Assembly (NCBI GenBank): GCA_977862235.1
Contig: OZ374561.1
Location: forward strand, 558,001 to 622,000
DNA length: 64,000 nt
Direction: 5' to 3'
Source of the DNA: Dudresnaya verticillata
Lineage: Eukaryota
Part shown: one piece after another, positions 1 to 10,924 of the stretch
Layout: each line of letters opens with the position of its first letter
Position numbering within the stretch: position 1 is the first letter of the stretch
Program-made: the position numbers and the translations under genes
Notes under the pieces: generated by a model
What the model was told of the DNA's origin: nothing
The model's database searches: none
What the model saw: only the letters and a program-made list of their open reading frames with translations

Positions 1-489
1 TTGTGCTAATTGCTTCTTCGGAACGTCGGTTTGGAGGGTAGGTCAAAACTAACAAGAGACGCTCTGTACAATACTCTGAGTCTCTAAGTTAACATCAGAT
101 GGGAGGAATAGTGCACAACTTGTGTCTAGGATTTCCAGAATCTAACTCAATAAGTAGAGAACTACAGAAGTAGGCAGTGACTCAGTCAACCTAGCATTAT
201 TGTCCTCAGCTTGGAATACGGGGCTGATTTGGATCTTGACTCAATTGTCCTGAACCTTGGCTGCGGGTCTCCCCCCAAGAGTGTTGCACTGCAGTCCAAA
301 AAAAAGAAAACTGGGCCACTTCATCATGTGTTTGTTACCTAGCGGTCAGGAGCGTAGATGAGTTGAGAAATGTGGCCCCTTGCAAGGCACTTTTTTGTGC
401 GTAGCGACCTATTTGTCCTGTGACGCCGCATTGCTTCGGGTATGGATGAGTATGCGAATTGAAAGAGCACCTTCTACTATCAGCCGTCT

Positions 490-1797
490 ATGGCAAAAGC
501 GAAGCAGCTCTTTTGGCGATTCATGATTCGAAGTCTTCTAGGCCTGGTTTTGTCGACATTTGTTTCTGCAAAGTTCGCTACCTCGGAACAGCTTCTCGAT
601 GTTGGCGAGAATGCGGACTCCAATTGTGGCAAGTTGCTGATCACTCTTACTACAAGATGTGCTCACTTGAAGCTCTCACAGTTAGAGCCGTGCTGCGATG
701 CAATTGTTGCCTGGAACCGTGGCCTTTGTTGGTGTGAGCCTAATGCTTTCAATAGTGCGGCCAACCTTGCCATGGACTATTTCGCGTTTCAGTTCAGAAC
801 TAAGAAGTGTAACATGACCTCGACAGTATTTCATCCTGAGATTACTCTTCCCGTTGCTGAGAAGTCCAAGCTGGAACAGACTTGCCCAGCATTGCTGTCT
901 GTCCCAGAATCAGAGACGTCCGAAGGCTGTAGCTCAGTGTCGCCTAGAAAGCTACGACAGCAACGTCTTGAATCACTGCACCTGTTGAACAGTGACAACG
1001 TGCTAAGCAATGAAGAAATTCAGGAATGGTCCGAGCGCATGGATGGGCTGTTGGTACCAGGAGCGTCTCTGTTCTCAGTAGGAAAATCGTTTCTGTTCCC
1101 ACGTATTAATGTGAAGAGGTATCTTCTATCCAGAACATCACTTGCAAACGGAGCCCTTTGGAAAAGTGCGATTGACACAGAGACTATTTTCTGGAGATCT
1201 GTGAACCAAGTGAGCTACAGTAGTGCCTACACGCTCGGGCCGTATTCTTTTGCAAAGATAGAATTTGTTACGTTCGAGAGGTGTTCTGCTCGAATCCAGC
1301 ATATCTATTCTCAAGAAGAGGAGGGGGTCCTACTTTTCAAACAATTTGTCTATGTGGAGCCATCAGACCGGGGGTTTTGGGAAGTGCAACTAAGCCCAAG
1401 GGAGTTGTGCATCGCCATTGGACGAGTTTGTAGACATGATCTGTTCCCCTTCCAGACCAAAGAGCACTGCTTAGAGATTTACAGCAAGTTTGAGCAAGAG
1501 GACAAGGTAACATGTGGGAGCGGCAGTCCAAGCTTTTCCGTGATTGCTTTGCACGGTAATACGTCGACGTGCAGAGGAATGTACCTTCGGCTTGCATCTA
1601 TCGATTCTAAGACGTATTGTCGATTTCTAGGCGAGAAGGGGATCGGTATTTGCAGACAGTCCGGATGCCCGGAAGGGGCCTACAATAACGTGTTCAGAGA
1701 GGAGAATCCCAGATTTGATTCTACTGCTGTGTATTCATGTTCGAGGGACGGATGCAGCGAGGCATGGCCGTATGAAGATGATACTGAGGAAGTCTGA
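490..1797 (+). CDS. Secreted cysteine-rich protein of unknown function (435 aa)
   Basis: Single long ORF. Hydrophobic N-terminal segment (LLGLVLSTFVSA) resembles a signal peptide. Cys clusters at both ends (CCDA..LCWC; ELC..C..C..GNTSTCR..YC..GIC). Confidence 0.75.
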   Translation: MAKAKQLFWRFMIRSLLGLVLSTFVSAKFATSEQLLDVGENADSNCGKLLITLTTRCAHLKLSQLEPCCDAIVAWNRGLCWCEPNAFNSAANLAMDYFAFQFRTKKCNMTSTVFHPEITLPVAEKSKLEQTCPALLSVPESETSEGCSSVSPRKLRQQRLESLHLLNSDNVLSNEEIQEWSERMDGLLVPGASLFSVGKSFLFPRINVKRYLLSRTSLANGALWKSAIDTETIFWRSVNQVSYSSAYTLGPYSFAKIEFVTFERCSARIQHIYSQEEEGVLLFKQFVYVEPSDRGFWEVQLSPRELCIAIGRVCRHDLFPFQTKEHCLEIYSKFEQEDKVTCGSGSPSFSVIALHGNTSTCRGMYLRLASIDSKTYCRFLGEKGIGICRQSGCPEGAYNNVFREENPRFDSTAVYSCSRDGCSEAWPYEDDTEEV

Positions 1798-3595
1798 GCA
1801 TACTTGTTTGTGATGCTAAGAAAAGTGGCACCATAAGAAAGAGATTGTAGTGAAGCGAGTAGGGGAGGATCTGTGGTTGTGCACATGGAATCTAGGGGGA
1901 ACAAGAGTGTGCAATATGGAAGGTCTCTGATTAAAGGCTTCTGTGCGATGGTCCATCCTCGGACAGGTTCAAGTAGAAAGTAGACGACTTTACTACTTGA
2001 GGAGGTGACAGGAACCAATTGCATTTACAAGTGCCAACTCGATTGAGAAGAATGGAATACTCTAGCGGGCATCAGATAGATAGAAACAGAGAGGATAAAC
2101 GTAATGAGGGGCAGCGCGATGCAGAGGCTGGGCGATGGTAAAAACGCAAACTTGTGCAAGTTGCAGAACTTTGATGCAGGGCGACTTCTGTTGAAGGTGA
2201 TGCAGCGCCCGTTGGTGGCTCTGGGTGAAAGGGTGTTGAAGCTAAAGTGCTACTAGGGAGGTAGCGGGCGATTAGTGCTCAGGGGACCGTGTGTGTTAGG
2301 TCGCTACCAAGGATACAAGGCAAACAGCGTACGCAAAGGAGACATCCAATGGAATGGCCGCACCTGTGAACGCGCAAACTCGCGCCATTGGGCTCGGTCC
2401 GACAGCTTGTCCTTCCCAGCATGCACCAAGATGACGATTATAGAAAGCGGTGGGCTTTTCGCTTTGCCAACCTCGAGACCGCGGAACAAATGCGCGCGGC
2501 TCAAAGACATCTACTGTAGCATCATAGTCGCTAGTCACAACCTCGGCTGGCATGCTGGAGGCCAGAGCTCTTAGCTAGAGCTTGACAAGAGCAGCATCGT
2601 CAGTAAAGCACCCGACCTTCTTGTGTCCATTACTCGCAGAAACGTAGGCGTAGAGCGCGCCAACCACCAAACGACCTCGTCGACAGCGCTGCTGGACGGT
2701 CTGGCAGCTCGGCCGCCCTGCGAGCCACCAACAAACCGTTGCGCAGCGCGGGTGTTACCACGCCGCGTTGGCGTTCGGTACACACCCACTCACAGGGCGG
2801 AAACACAGGTGCATCCGGCACAGGCGCTGTTATATCGTTTGTCCACTACTGCACAGCGTCTGCGGCGCGGCAGATCGAGTCGCGAGCGACTGCTGCTGTT
2901 ACGCCATAACCCGCCGACGCCGTGCGGATGCTCGCAACGGTGCAGCCGCTCCCGCCGGCAGGCGTAGAAAGCGCGAGGCAGAGGCCAACATTCTCATCGG
3001 CTTTCCCGGCGCTCCTCACGCCGGCGCGGACGCAGGGGCAGCCGCGGGAATTCAAGGTGACGCGGCGGGGCGGAGGCGTTTCTACGGTGTGCTGACGCTG
3101 TGCAGGATGCGTCGAAAGTGGGCTGCAGGCGCGCTTCGGCGGGAGGGGGCTCCGGGCGGCGCACAGGCAGGCGCGTTTGGCGGCTGTGCGGCGGTAGAGG
3201 AAGCCGCGGCCATGCGGTGTCTTACAGGGGAGCATTACAGCGGCGTTCCGCCACGTCGACGCGCGCGCAGTGTGGTACGAGCAGACGTGCGTCGCGTGGC
3301 GACGCCCTCGCGATCTGCAACTCGGTTACAGCATTAGAGGACGGGTACCCGGTTGCGGCTTACAGCGCACGGAACGCGTGAAGCCCTTCGCCACGCCGCC
3401 TCTCAGTGCATGTCCACATCTCGCTCCAGCCGCCTGTTGTGGTAGCCCCGAGTTTCTACGCCACGCTCCGCCGCGCTGCTGCCCACACTTCATTCAACCT
3501 GCACCCCCCCATCCCCGCCTATCCCACCCCCGTCCCCCGACTGCAACGGCACTCCGCCCTCCACCCCCGCTCGCCCTCTCCCCCCACCCCGCACC

Positions 3596-3885
3596 ATGCA
3601 CGGCGACGCGCAGGTCCCGCCCGCCCCGACTGCCACCGCGTCCGCTCCGCGCCCGGCGCGCCGCCCGGGCCGCCCGGCCACCTACACTTTCGACAAGCCC
3701 GACCACGAGCTATCGGAGAGCGAGCGCAAGCAGAAGGTTGCTATCGAGAAGCGCCGCGCGCGTCAGAACCGCTCATACCACCGCCGGAAGAACAAGCGCG
3801 CCGCCGCTGCCGCCGCTGCCGCTGCCGCTGCTGCCGCCGTCAGCGCCGGTCCGCTCCCCCCTGCAGTCCCGCCATGGAACCCGAT

Positions 3886-3924
<39 letters not shown>

Positions 3925-5989
3925 CCCGCCTCCGTACCATCACCCGCCGAACCCGCCCCCCGCCCCGCCCCGCCTCGTCCCCGGCTTCGCACAGAACCCG
4001 CTCGACCTTCTCGCCCAGGCCGGCGGCAGTCTGGGCCACGTCCCGGGTGCCCCGGGTCATTCCGTGTCGCATGCTCTGCGCTCTGCCGACCATCCTGCTG
4101 CCGTTGCTGCTGCAGCGACCGCAGCTGCTGCGGCGGCGGCCAGTGTTTTGCCGCCACACCCGCGCGTCGTCCCTCAGAAGGGCCCTGTCGCTCCCGACCA
4201 GGTCTCCATGCGCCCGTTGGGCGACCCCGCCATGCCTGATATCGTCACGGCCCCCATGTCGGCCGCTGCTGCGTCTGCGTCGATGCAGCTCTTGCCGGAG
4301 GAGGTTGCCGGCGTCGAGGCCACGCTCGACGCTACTGCCCAATCGCTTGACCTTGCTTCGTTTTCGTTCGGGCTGCCAAAGGAGAAAGTAGAGGACGATG
4401 ATGCTGATGAGGCTACCGATGTCCTGGTCAATAGCGCGCTTGTGGCAGCGAAGGAGTATGCGAAGGACCCGACCAATCTGAAGGATGTTATGGATAGAGA
4501 GAATGATCTCCGCAGGATGACTGGTATCAAGCAGATTGTCTTCGATAATTTGAGGTCCAAGTATATGTCTATGACCCCCACTATGCAGGATGCACTGCGT
4601 CACTTTGTCGTCTTTCCGAGGACCTTCAACCTTAGCGCGGCTGTTTCTGTTGCCGGTTTGGAGGATTCACAGCTTGTCGTCATGCAGGGCATGATCGAGT
4701 CGATGATTCACACTAATTTCATGCATGCTGTGAAGGGCCGCTACGAACTCAACGACGCTGCTCGGCTATTTTTGACAGAGGACCACACTGTAATGAAGGA
4801 CAACATTGCGGCGGGCGGTACATACAACGTTGCCCAGAACCGCTTCATCAAGCATTATCGTACCCAGCTTAGCCGTTTGCAGGATGACAATATTCACAAG
4901 GTCGGCTGGTTGCGCGAAGAGGCCATGGCTCTGTATGACAAGGAGCGCGAGAATATGGAGTTTTCACAATACCTGCTGAATGGCAGACAGGCTGAACTCA
5001 GGGAGTTTTTGTCTGCTGGAATCACGGTTATGCGTTATTGCGTCAGCGCTGCGAACCGGGAAAAAGTGCTTTGTAAGGCACTTATGGACGATGAAACGTC
5101 TACTGAAAACATATTCTTGTCATTTGCGGAGGACTCGACCATGTCGAACATGACAATGGATGCCTCTTCGTCGACTGATGACAATGGAAAGCAGGGAGGT
5201 ATGTGTGACAAGGCGCACAAGGCTCGCTTACAGCTCGCATTGAGTGAAGCGTACTTTGACCAACTGAGGTCGGAAGAGGCAGAGAAGCCTCTTTTGCACG
5301 CCTTGAAAATTATGGGAGACGTTGCACCAAAATGTGGTGGGCCGTCTTCTAGTATTGTGGATTCTGTTCTTGTACTTTTGCTTTTATCGAATCTACGACT
5401 GTCCGCAAATCGCATTAGAGATGCACGCGTGCTCTGCGTCAAGGCGCTGAAGATTCTTGCCGAAGCTGGCCTCGGAAGATCTACGTTTGGAATTAACGCA
5501 ATGTCAAACCTTGTCACAATCTATCTGGAAGAGGGGCATCTCGAGAAGGCCAAGTCTGTGGCAAGCCGTTTGCTTGACACTCTGAATACTATGCGATACA
5601 CCGGAATGCCAATATATGCAGATGCTCTGGGCGTTTGCGCAATGGTATCGATGTCTGAGAACAAGTTTGGGGAAGCGGAGCAACAGTATGGGACTGCTCT
5701 GGAAACGGTCGGCAAGTGGGGTTCAAAGCAGTGGACAGGTATCCCAGTACAGCACTGTCTGGACTTGGATCTATGGCTGATGGAGGGCCTCGCCGAAGCG
5801 ATCCGGCGGCAAGGGCGCGTTGACGAGGCGGGGTTACTGGAACAGAGAGCAGTAGAGGATCGGGAGAGTAGAGGACTGCCTAAGGCCGGATCGGCTGGGA
5901 TTAATGACTTTTTGCAGATGGGGCAGCAAGACAGCTCACAAAACCTGACGGTGATCGACAACTTGCCAAAGTTGCGGCACTTGTATTGA
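3596..5989 (+). CDS. Winged-helix/TPR protein (STAND/NB-ARC-like C-terminal half) with N-terminal AT-hook-like/basic region and polyA/polyQ tracts (797 aa)
   Basis: Long ORF. N-terminus has RRPGRP and KRRARQNRSYHRRKNKR. LRHFVVFPRTFNLSAAVSV...GRYELNDAARLF resembles the post-NB-ARC winged helix. C-terminal helical repeats are TPR-like (AMSNLVTIYLEEGHLEKAK; LAEAIRRQGRVDEA). Confidence 0.75.
3887..3922 (+). repeat. (CAG)12 microsatellite encoding polyglutamine
   Basis: Uninterrupted CAG run inside the CDS, preceded by a GCC/GCT polyalanine run at about 3800-3838. Confidence 0.95.
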
Positions 5990-6200
5990 AGATATGTGTT
6001 TATGTGGTCGCCGTTGACATTGTACAGTATTTTTGTCGTGGCCGCGTGTCGGTGGGTTGCTTCTCTTTTTGGGGCTGGCTGGGCTGTTGTTGTTTGTCTG
6101 CACAGGGGACGGCATCGTGGTTGCTTTGTAAAAAACTACATGTGATGAGTTGGTCTGAGGTTGCTGCAGTTATGAATTGGTGACAAAGTAAAGGCTCTGA

Positions 6201-6788
6201 TCACCGTTCCGGTGGGCGTTCAAGCATCTCCCCGACAGCACTGACGATGTTCTGTGGAGCTTCCATGGCACCAACGCCAACATCGCCGCATGCAAGGCGC
6301 TTCTCAACCGGCATGACAACGCGCACGCCCCAGGCTCGGAGCTTTTGCAAGTGCTCGTCCGTGAGTGGGTGGCGCCACATGTGGACGTTCATGGCCGGGG
6401 CGACGACGAAGGGGCGGTTCCGTGCGAAGGGCCAAGCGCGGGCGACGCACAGGGCGAGGTTGTCGCAGATGCCCGCGGCGAGCTTGGCGAGTGAGTTGGC
6501 AGATAGCGGGGCAAATAGCAAGACATCGGCCCACTTGACTAGGTCGATGTGCAGAACCGGGTCGCCCAGACGCTGCCACGACCGCCACTCGGTGTCGTCT
6601 GTATGCACGCGGACCGCTTCAGGAAGGGCGCGCTCGCGCGTCAGGAAGTGCGCCGCGCTCGACGTGTGCACGACCTGCACGTGCGCGCCGCTCGTCTGCA
6701 GCTGCTCGGCTAGGAGCGGGACGCGGATGGCGGCGACGGAGCCCGTGGCGATGAGCAGGACGTTTTTGTTGGTGAGGGAGGACGGCAT
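6201..6788 (-). CDS. PPCDC: Phosphopantothenoylcysteine decarboxylase (HAL3/CoaC flavoprotein family), 195 aa
   Basis: Motifs NVLLIATGSVAA, PVLHIDLVKWAD, APLSANSLAKLAAGICDNL, APAMNVHMW, LACGDVGVGAM. Start placed at ATG 6788 (MPSSLTNK). The upstream ORF extension is low-complexity C-rich leader. Confidence 0.93.
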   Translation of the reverse strand: MPSSLTNKNVLLIATGSVAAIRVPLLAEQLQTSGAHVQVVHTSSAAHFLTRERALPEAVRVHTDDTEWRSWQRLGDPVLHIDLVKWADVLLFAPLSANSLAKLAAGICDNLALCVARAWPFARNRPFVVAPAMNVHMWRHPLTDEHLQKLRAWGVRVVMPVEKRLACGDVGVGAMEAPQNIVSAVGEMLERPPER

Positions 6789-7446
6789 GGGGCGTGGGTG
6801 TGGAGGTAGTAGCACAGCAGGGGCGGGTGGCGGGGACGGATGGATAATGCGGAGGGATTGGCTGCTGTTGGGGTGCGGGGGAATTTTGGCGGGTGCAGAG
6901 GGGTTTCGGACGGGGATTGCGAGCGGGTGTATGTGCGTGGGCAGCTGGACAGGCTTCCGGAGTGCTAACACGGAGGGCGGCTTCCGGGGGGCAGTGCTTT
7001 TTTGGGGTCGCGAGACGGACGGGGTGGGGGTACAGCGTTTTGGTGCCGTGCGGTTCGCGAGGGAGCAAGCGAAGCAATTACTCGGCGGGGCGGCGGGAGG
7101 AGAAGACGTTGCGACTGTCAGCGAGTGTGGTGGCGCCGGGGCGGGCCTTAATATATAATGTGACCTAATCGGGCTTGGTGGGTCCGTTGTGGGCAGGGCG
7201 AGAACGGGGCAGCTGCAGTTACATCTGCCGCTCGTTCCGCACAAAAAGGCGCGCGGTACAAAAAGCCGCGCGTGACGGCGGGAAGCAGCATTCCCGAGGA
7301 ACACAACAATCTTCTCTCGCCGCGCGCCATTGCAGAACGCGTCGCCCACGTCACCGCGCGCCCCGACCGGCTTCGACCGGCTTCGACCGGGGCTGATTGT
7401 CATGTCAACACCGCGAATGCGTGCCGCAGCCCGGCCCAGGGCACCC

Positions 7447-7542
7447 CAGGGCAGCCCAGCCCAACCCAGCCCAACCCAGCCCAGCCCAGTCCAGTCCTGC
7501 CGCCTGCCCGCCCTCCCGCCCGCCAGCCCGCCCGCCCGCCCG
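7447..7542. repeat. Pentamer/tetramer microsatellite-like tract (CCCAG/CCCAA, then CCCG) in the divergent PPCDC/KH intergenic region
   Basis: cagcccagcccaacccagcccaacccagcccagcccagtccagtcc followed by cccgcccgcc repeats. A 10-mer tandem (CGACCGGCTT, about 2.7 copies) lies nearby at about 7364-7390. Confidence 0.8.
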
Positions 7543-7793
7543 CTAGCTTTCTGTAGCTGTAGCGCCGGCATGACAGCGTGACGCCGTCACGCACCCCCCC
7601 ACCCCCCCACCCCCGCTGGACCACCCCTCACACCCCTACAGACGCACCCACCGCTCACCGATCCGCCCGCCTGTTCGCCCAAGGGCTCGCGCGGCACGCT
7701 GCCCCATCCCCTTCCTTGCCGCGATCCGTACCAAACCCCCCCTCCTCCGCACCGCCCGCGTAGTGCGCCTCCCCGCCTGCACCCCGCTCAACC

Positions 7794-9947
7794 ATGGCGC
7801 AGGTCGCCCCGAGCGACCCTCCCGTCCTCGACGCCCCCGCCGCGGTCCCGGCCTTCGACCCCGCCCCCGCCCCGGATCCGCCCGCGCGAGACGCGCTCCC
7901 GCCGACTTCCGACGACAACCCACCCGCACCCCACACCCCGCAGCAGCACTTCCCTGCCGACCACACCCCGCCACCGCCGCCACCGCCGCCACTCATCCCG
8001 CCCATGGTCGCCGCTTTTGCCGACTTGTCCCTCGCTCCCCCACCCCCGTATACCCCGCAGCCGCAGCTCCCGATGCTCCCAATTCAGCCCGTCCCGCTCG
8101 TAACGCGCCATGCCCTCCCGCACACACACCACCATCCGGCTGTCGCCGCTCACCTTCTACAGCAGCAACACCACGCCGCCCATACCTACTATATGTGGGT
8201 CCCGCAGGAGCGTGTCGGCGCTGTGATCGGTGGTCACGGTGCCGTTATTCGCTCGTTGCAGGAGCGCTCCGGCGCCACCATCCAGGTCCACAACGATACC
8301 GTCCGCGGCGACCTCAAGCTCTTCACCATCTTCGGTACCCTGGCCCAGTACGAAGTCGCGAAGCAGCTCATCACCGAAATCATCGACAAGCCGCGCCATT
8401 CCCACCCATCACAGCCATCTACTCCGGCAGATAGAGTCGTCCCATTCGCAGAGCACGCCCCATCTACGCCCCGTCCTCCGGAGCTTTGTAAGACTGTTTA
8501 CGTTCCCACGTCATGCGTCGGTCTGGTCATTGGCCGTAACGGCGAAACCATTCGAAGCTTGCAGGACCGTTCCGGCGCAGAGATCAAAGTCACGCCAGAC
8601 GAGGAGGCTACACCTGGCGCAGAGACCCGCTCGATTCTTATATCAGGCACCGAAGATGCAATATCTAGCGCTCACCAGCTCGTGTCAGAAATCGTCATGG
8701 ACGCCCGTTCGCGCCGCCCACCACATCCCGCCCAGCAGGTTGGTGTTAGTCTCAACGGCCAGCCCCTGGTGCTGGAGGTCCTCTCCGTCCCAAATGAGAA
8801 AGTAGGCCTCATCATCGGCAAGAAGGGCGCCGCTATACGTGATTTGCAGCTCAAGTCTGGCGCGAAGATTCAAGTAACGAAGGATGATTCTTCGGTTCAA
8901 AGCGACGGTACCCGTCCAGTCACCATTACTGGTATGCGTGCCAACGTGGATAACGCAAAAACTATGATTGCGAGCAAGATCAACGTCCCCATGCTGCAGT
9001 CTTCCACGATAAGCACCAACTACAGCAACTCGCCACAACAAGTCCCGTCAACTGTCAGCACACCTTCTGCTTCGTCGCAACATGTACCGTACCTGGTACC
9101 CAACTTGTACGAACCTGCTTACCAGAACGGTCAACAACCGTTTCAGCAGATGTATGACTCCAACGACCCGAACGCTCAGAACCGCGCTATGGCGTATTTT
9201 CAGTTCATCGGATACAACAATTATAACGCCATGGCGCAGCAACAGCAACGGCAGTACCAGTCCCAGATATCGATGCATTACCCACATCCACAACAGCAAC
9301 AGCAGCAACCTCAACAGGTCCCAGAAGATCCGCAGCAGCAACAGCAGACGCCACTGCGTGCTCAACAGCAAGAACAACAAGATTCGCACATCGGACTTCC
9401 TCCACAACAACATTCTCCCCAGGCCCAACAGTCGTCACCGCAACCACAACAGCAACAACAACAACCGCTGGTCACAAGTCAGCAGATGTCGCAGCAGCAA
9501 CAACAACAGCAACAAGGACCGCCTGCGCACGACGGGATGCAAGGGTCACCGGGCATGGTACCGCGTGACCCTAACGGCAATGTTTTGATGTTTCCGGGAC
9601 ATGCTTACCAGCAGCTTCCGCACCAGCTCGGCGGGCATCAGATGTATGCATCTGGGCCTCCGAACTCACGAATGTTCTCTCGACGGGAACAAGTGCAAGC
9701 AGCACATGCGCAAGCCCAGGCACAGGCACATATGCTAATGCAGGCCCAGGCCCAGGCGGCACACGCGCAAGCCCAGGCGCAATCGCAAGCACAAAATGCT
9801 CAGGCTCAACAGGCTCAAGCCCACGCACAAGTTCAGTTGTCATCCCAGGCAGAAGCTGAAGGTTTAACAGAAACGCAAACGTTGCAGCAAGTGCAGCCAA
9901 CGTCTGTGTCAACAGGCCTGGAAGAAAGTGAGCAACCCAATGGATGA
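7794..9947 (+). CDS. KH-domain RNA/ssDNA-binding protein (FUBP/KHSRP-like), 3 KH domains, Q-rich C-terminus (717 aa)
   Basis: Three KH signatures with GxxG loops: VGAVIGGHG, VGLVIGRNG, VGLIIGKKG, each followed by IRxLQxxSGAxI. Confidence 0.9.
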   Translation: MAQVAPSDPPVLDAPAAVPAFDPAPAPDPPARDALPPTSDDNPPAPHTPQQHFPADHTPPPPPPPPLIPPMVAAFADLSLAPPPPYTPQPQLPMLPIQPVPLVTRHALPHTHHHPAVAAHLLQQQHHAAHTYYMWVPQERVGAVIGGHGAVIRSLQERSGATIQVHNDTVRGDLKLFTIFGTLAQYEVAKQLITEIIDKPRHSHPSQPSTPADRVVPFAEHAPSTPRPPELCKTVYVPTSCVGLVIGRNGETIRSLQDRSGAEIKVTPDEEATPGAETRSILISGTEDAISSAHQLVSEIVMDARSRRPPHPAQQVGVSLNGQPLVLEVLSVPNEKVGLIIGKKGAAIRDLQLKSGAKIQVTKDDSSVQSDGTRPVTITGMRANVDNAKTMIASKINVPMLQSSTISTNYSNSPQQVPSTVSTPSASSQHVPYLVPNLYEPAYQNGQQPFQQMYDSNDPNAQNRAMAYFQFIGYNNYNAMAQQQQRQYQSQISMHYPHPQQQQQQPQQVPEDPQQQQQTPLRAQQQEQQDSHIGLPPQQHSPQAQQSSPQPQQQQQQPLVTSQQMSQQQQQQQQGPPAHDGMQGSPGMVPRDPNGNVLMFPGHAYQQLPHQLGGHQMYASGPPNSRMFSRREQVQAAHAQAQAQAHMLMQAQAQAAHAQAQAQSQAQNAQAQQAQAHAQVQLSSQAEAEGLTETQTLQQVQPTSVSTGLEESEQPNG

Positions 9948-10924
9948 TCCCGGTCTGGTGGGATGTGGACAGACAAGTAGGCAAAGGTGCGTGTGCGAAA
10001 ACACGTGGCCAATTGTTGTATGTAATCCACGGTGTACATAAGAAGCAACTCTCGTTTTGCAACGCAGGGTGTCAGCTCTTTGTGTGGCATGGGGAGAGGT
10101 CCATGGACGTTGTAACTACAAAATCCCGTGGAAGAGCGACTCTGAGGGTTGCAGATTAGGCGATGTAAAGGCTAGGTAAACGTCGGCTGTTCCGTTGGAG
10201 GCCGGTTATTATGTATTTGTCTTTTCCGTTTTGCGGTTGGGCTTTGCCCAGGTTGCGACGCGTACCCTGATTGGAATGCACTGCAACGGCAAAACGGTCG
10301 ATGAATGGCTCGTATGGCTGGTAGTTTGTAGGAACACGGGAAAAAGCCTACTGAGTAGCATCGCAACATATACTGCATGCGTAGTTGCAGGACAGTGTGG
10401 TGTGTACCAAGGGCAGCACTTCACCACTAGATCTCAGAGGTCAGGAGCTCTGAGCCCTGCAATGCATGAGTTTTGCACTCCACGCAGATGTCCATGCTGC
10501 AATGCAGTTCCGTCTCCTCGCAGCAAGCGAATGTTGTTCACACCAGTCTAAGCGAGCGCCCTTTTGTGCGCTTCGAATCTAGTACCATCAAGCCATTAAA
10601 CTTGCCTTCGATGGGAATGGCTATGCTTCGCAGCTAGTGCATGTACGTTCGAGCCATCGAAGGGAAGCCTTCGAAGGGTGCGAATGAGTACGTTTCATCA
10701 TTGCTTGCCCCCTTGTCCAAGATAGCAGGTTGGACCAATCGTCTAATTTAGTGTGGCTTTATTGCCTCCTCATTTTTGGGTGCAATTTCCGTCCCGTTTC
10801 AAGCCCCAGCTACTCCGATTGATCACTTGCTAGACGCACAGTCGCCCGAATGCGAACTCGTCCGCTGCGATAGTTGGAAGGATAGGGCGCACCCAGAAAC
10901 ATCGGCCCGGAGAGTGAAGAAGAT

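Noticed and set aside
2275..3595. Multiple overlapping 60-190 aa ORFs upstream of the WHD-TPR gene
   Set aside because: Arg/Ala/Pro-rich translations typical of stop-poor GC-rich DNA, with no motifs.
6789..7571. N-terminal 260-aa extension of the PPCDC ORF
   Set aside because: Low-complexity translation of C-rich leader and microsatellite. Family homology starts at MPSSLTNKNVLL.
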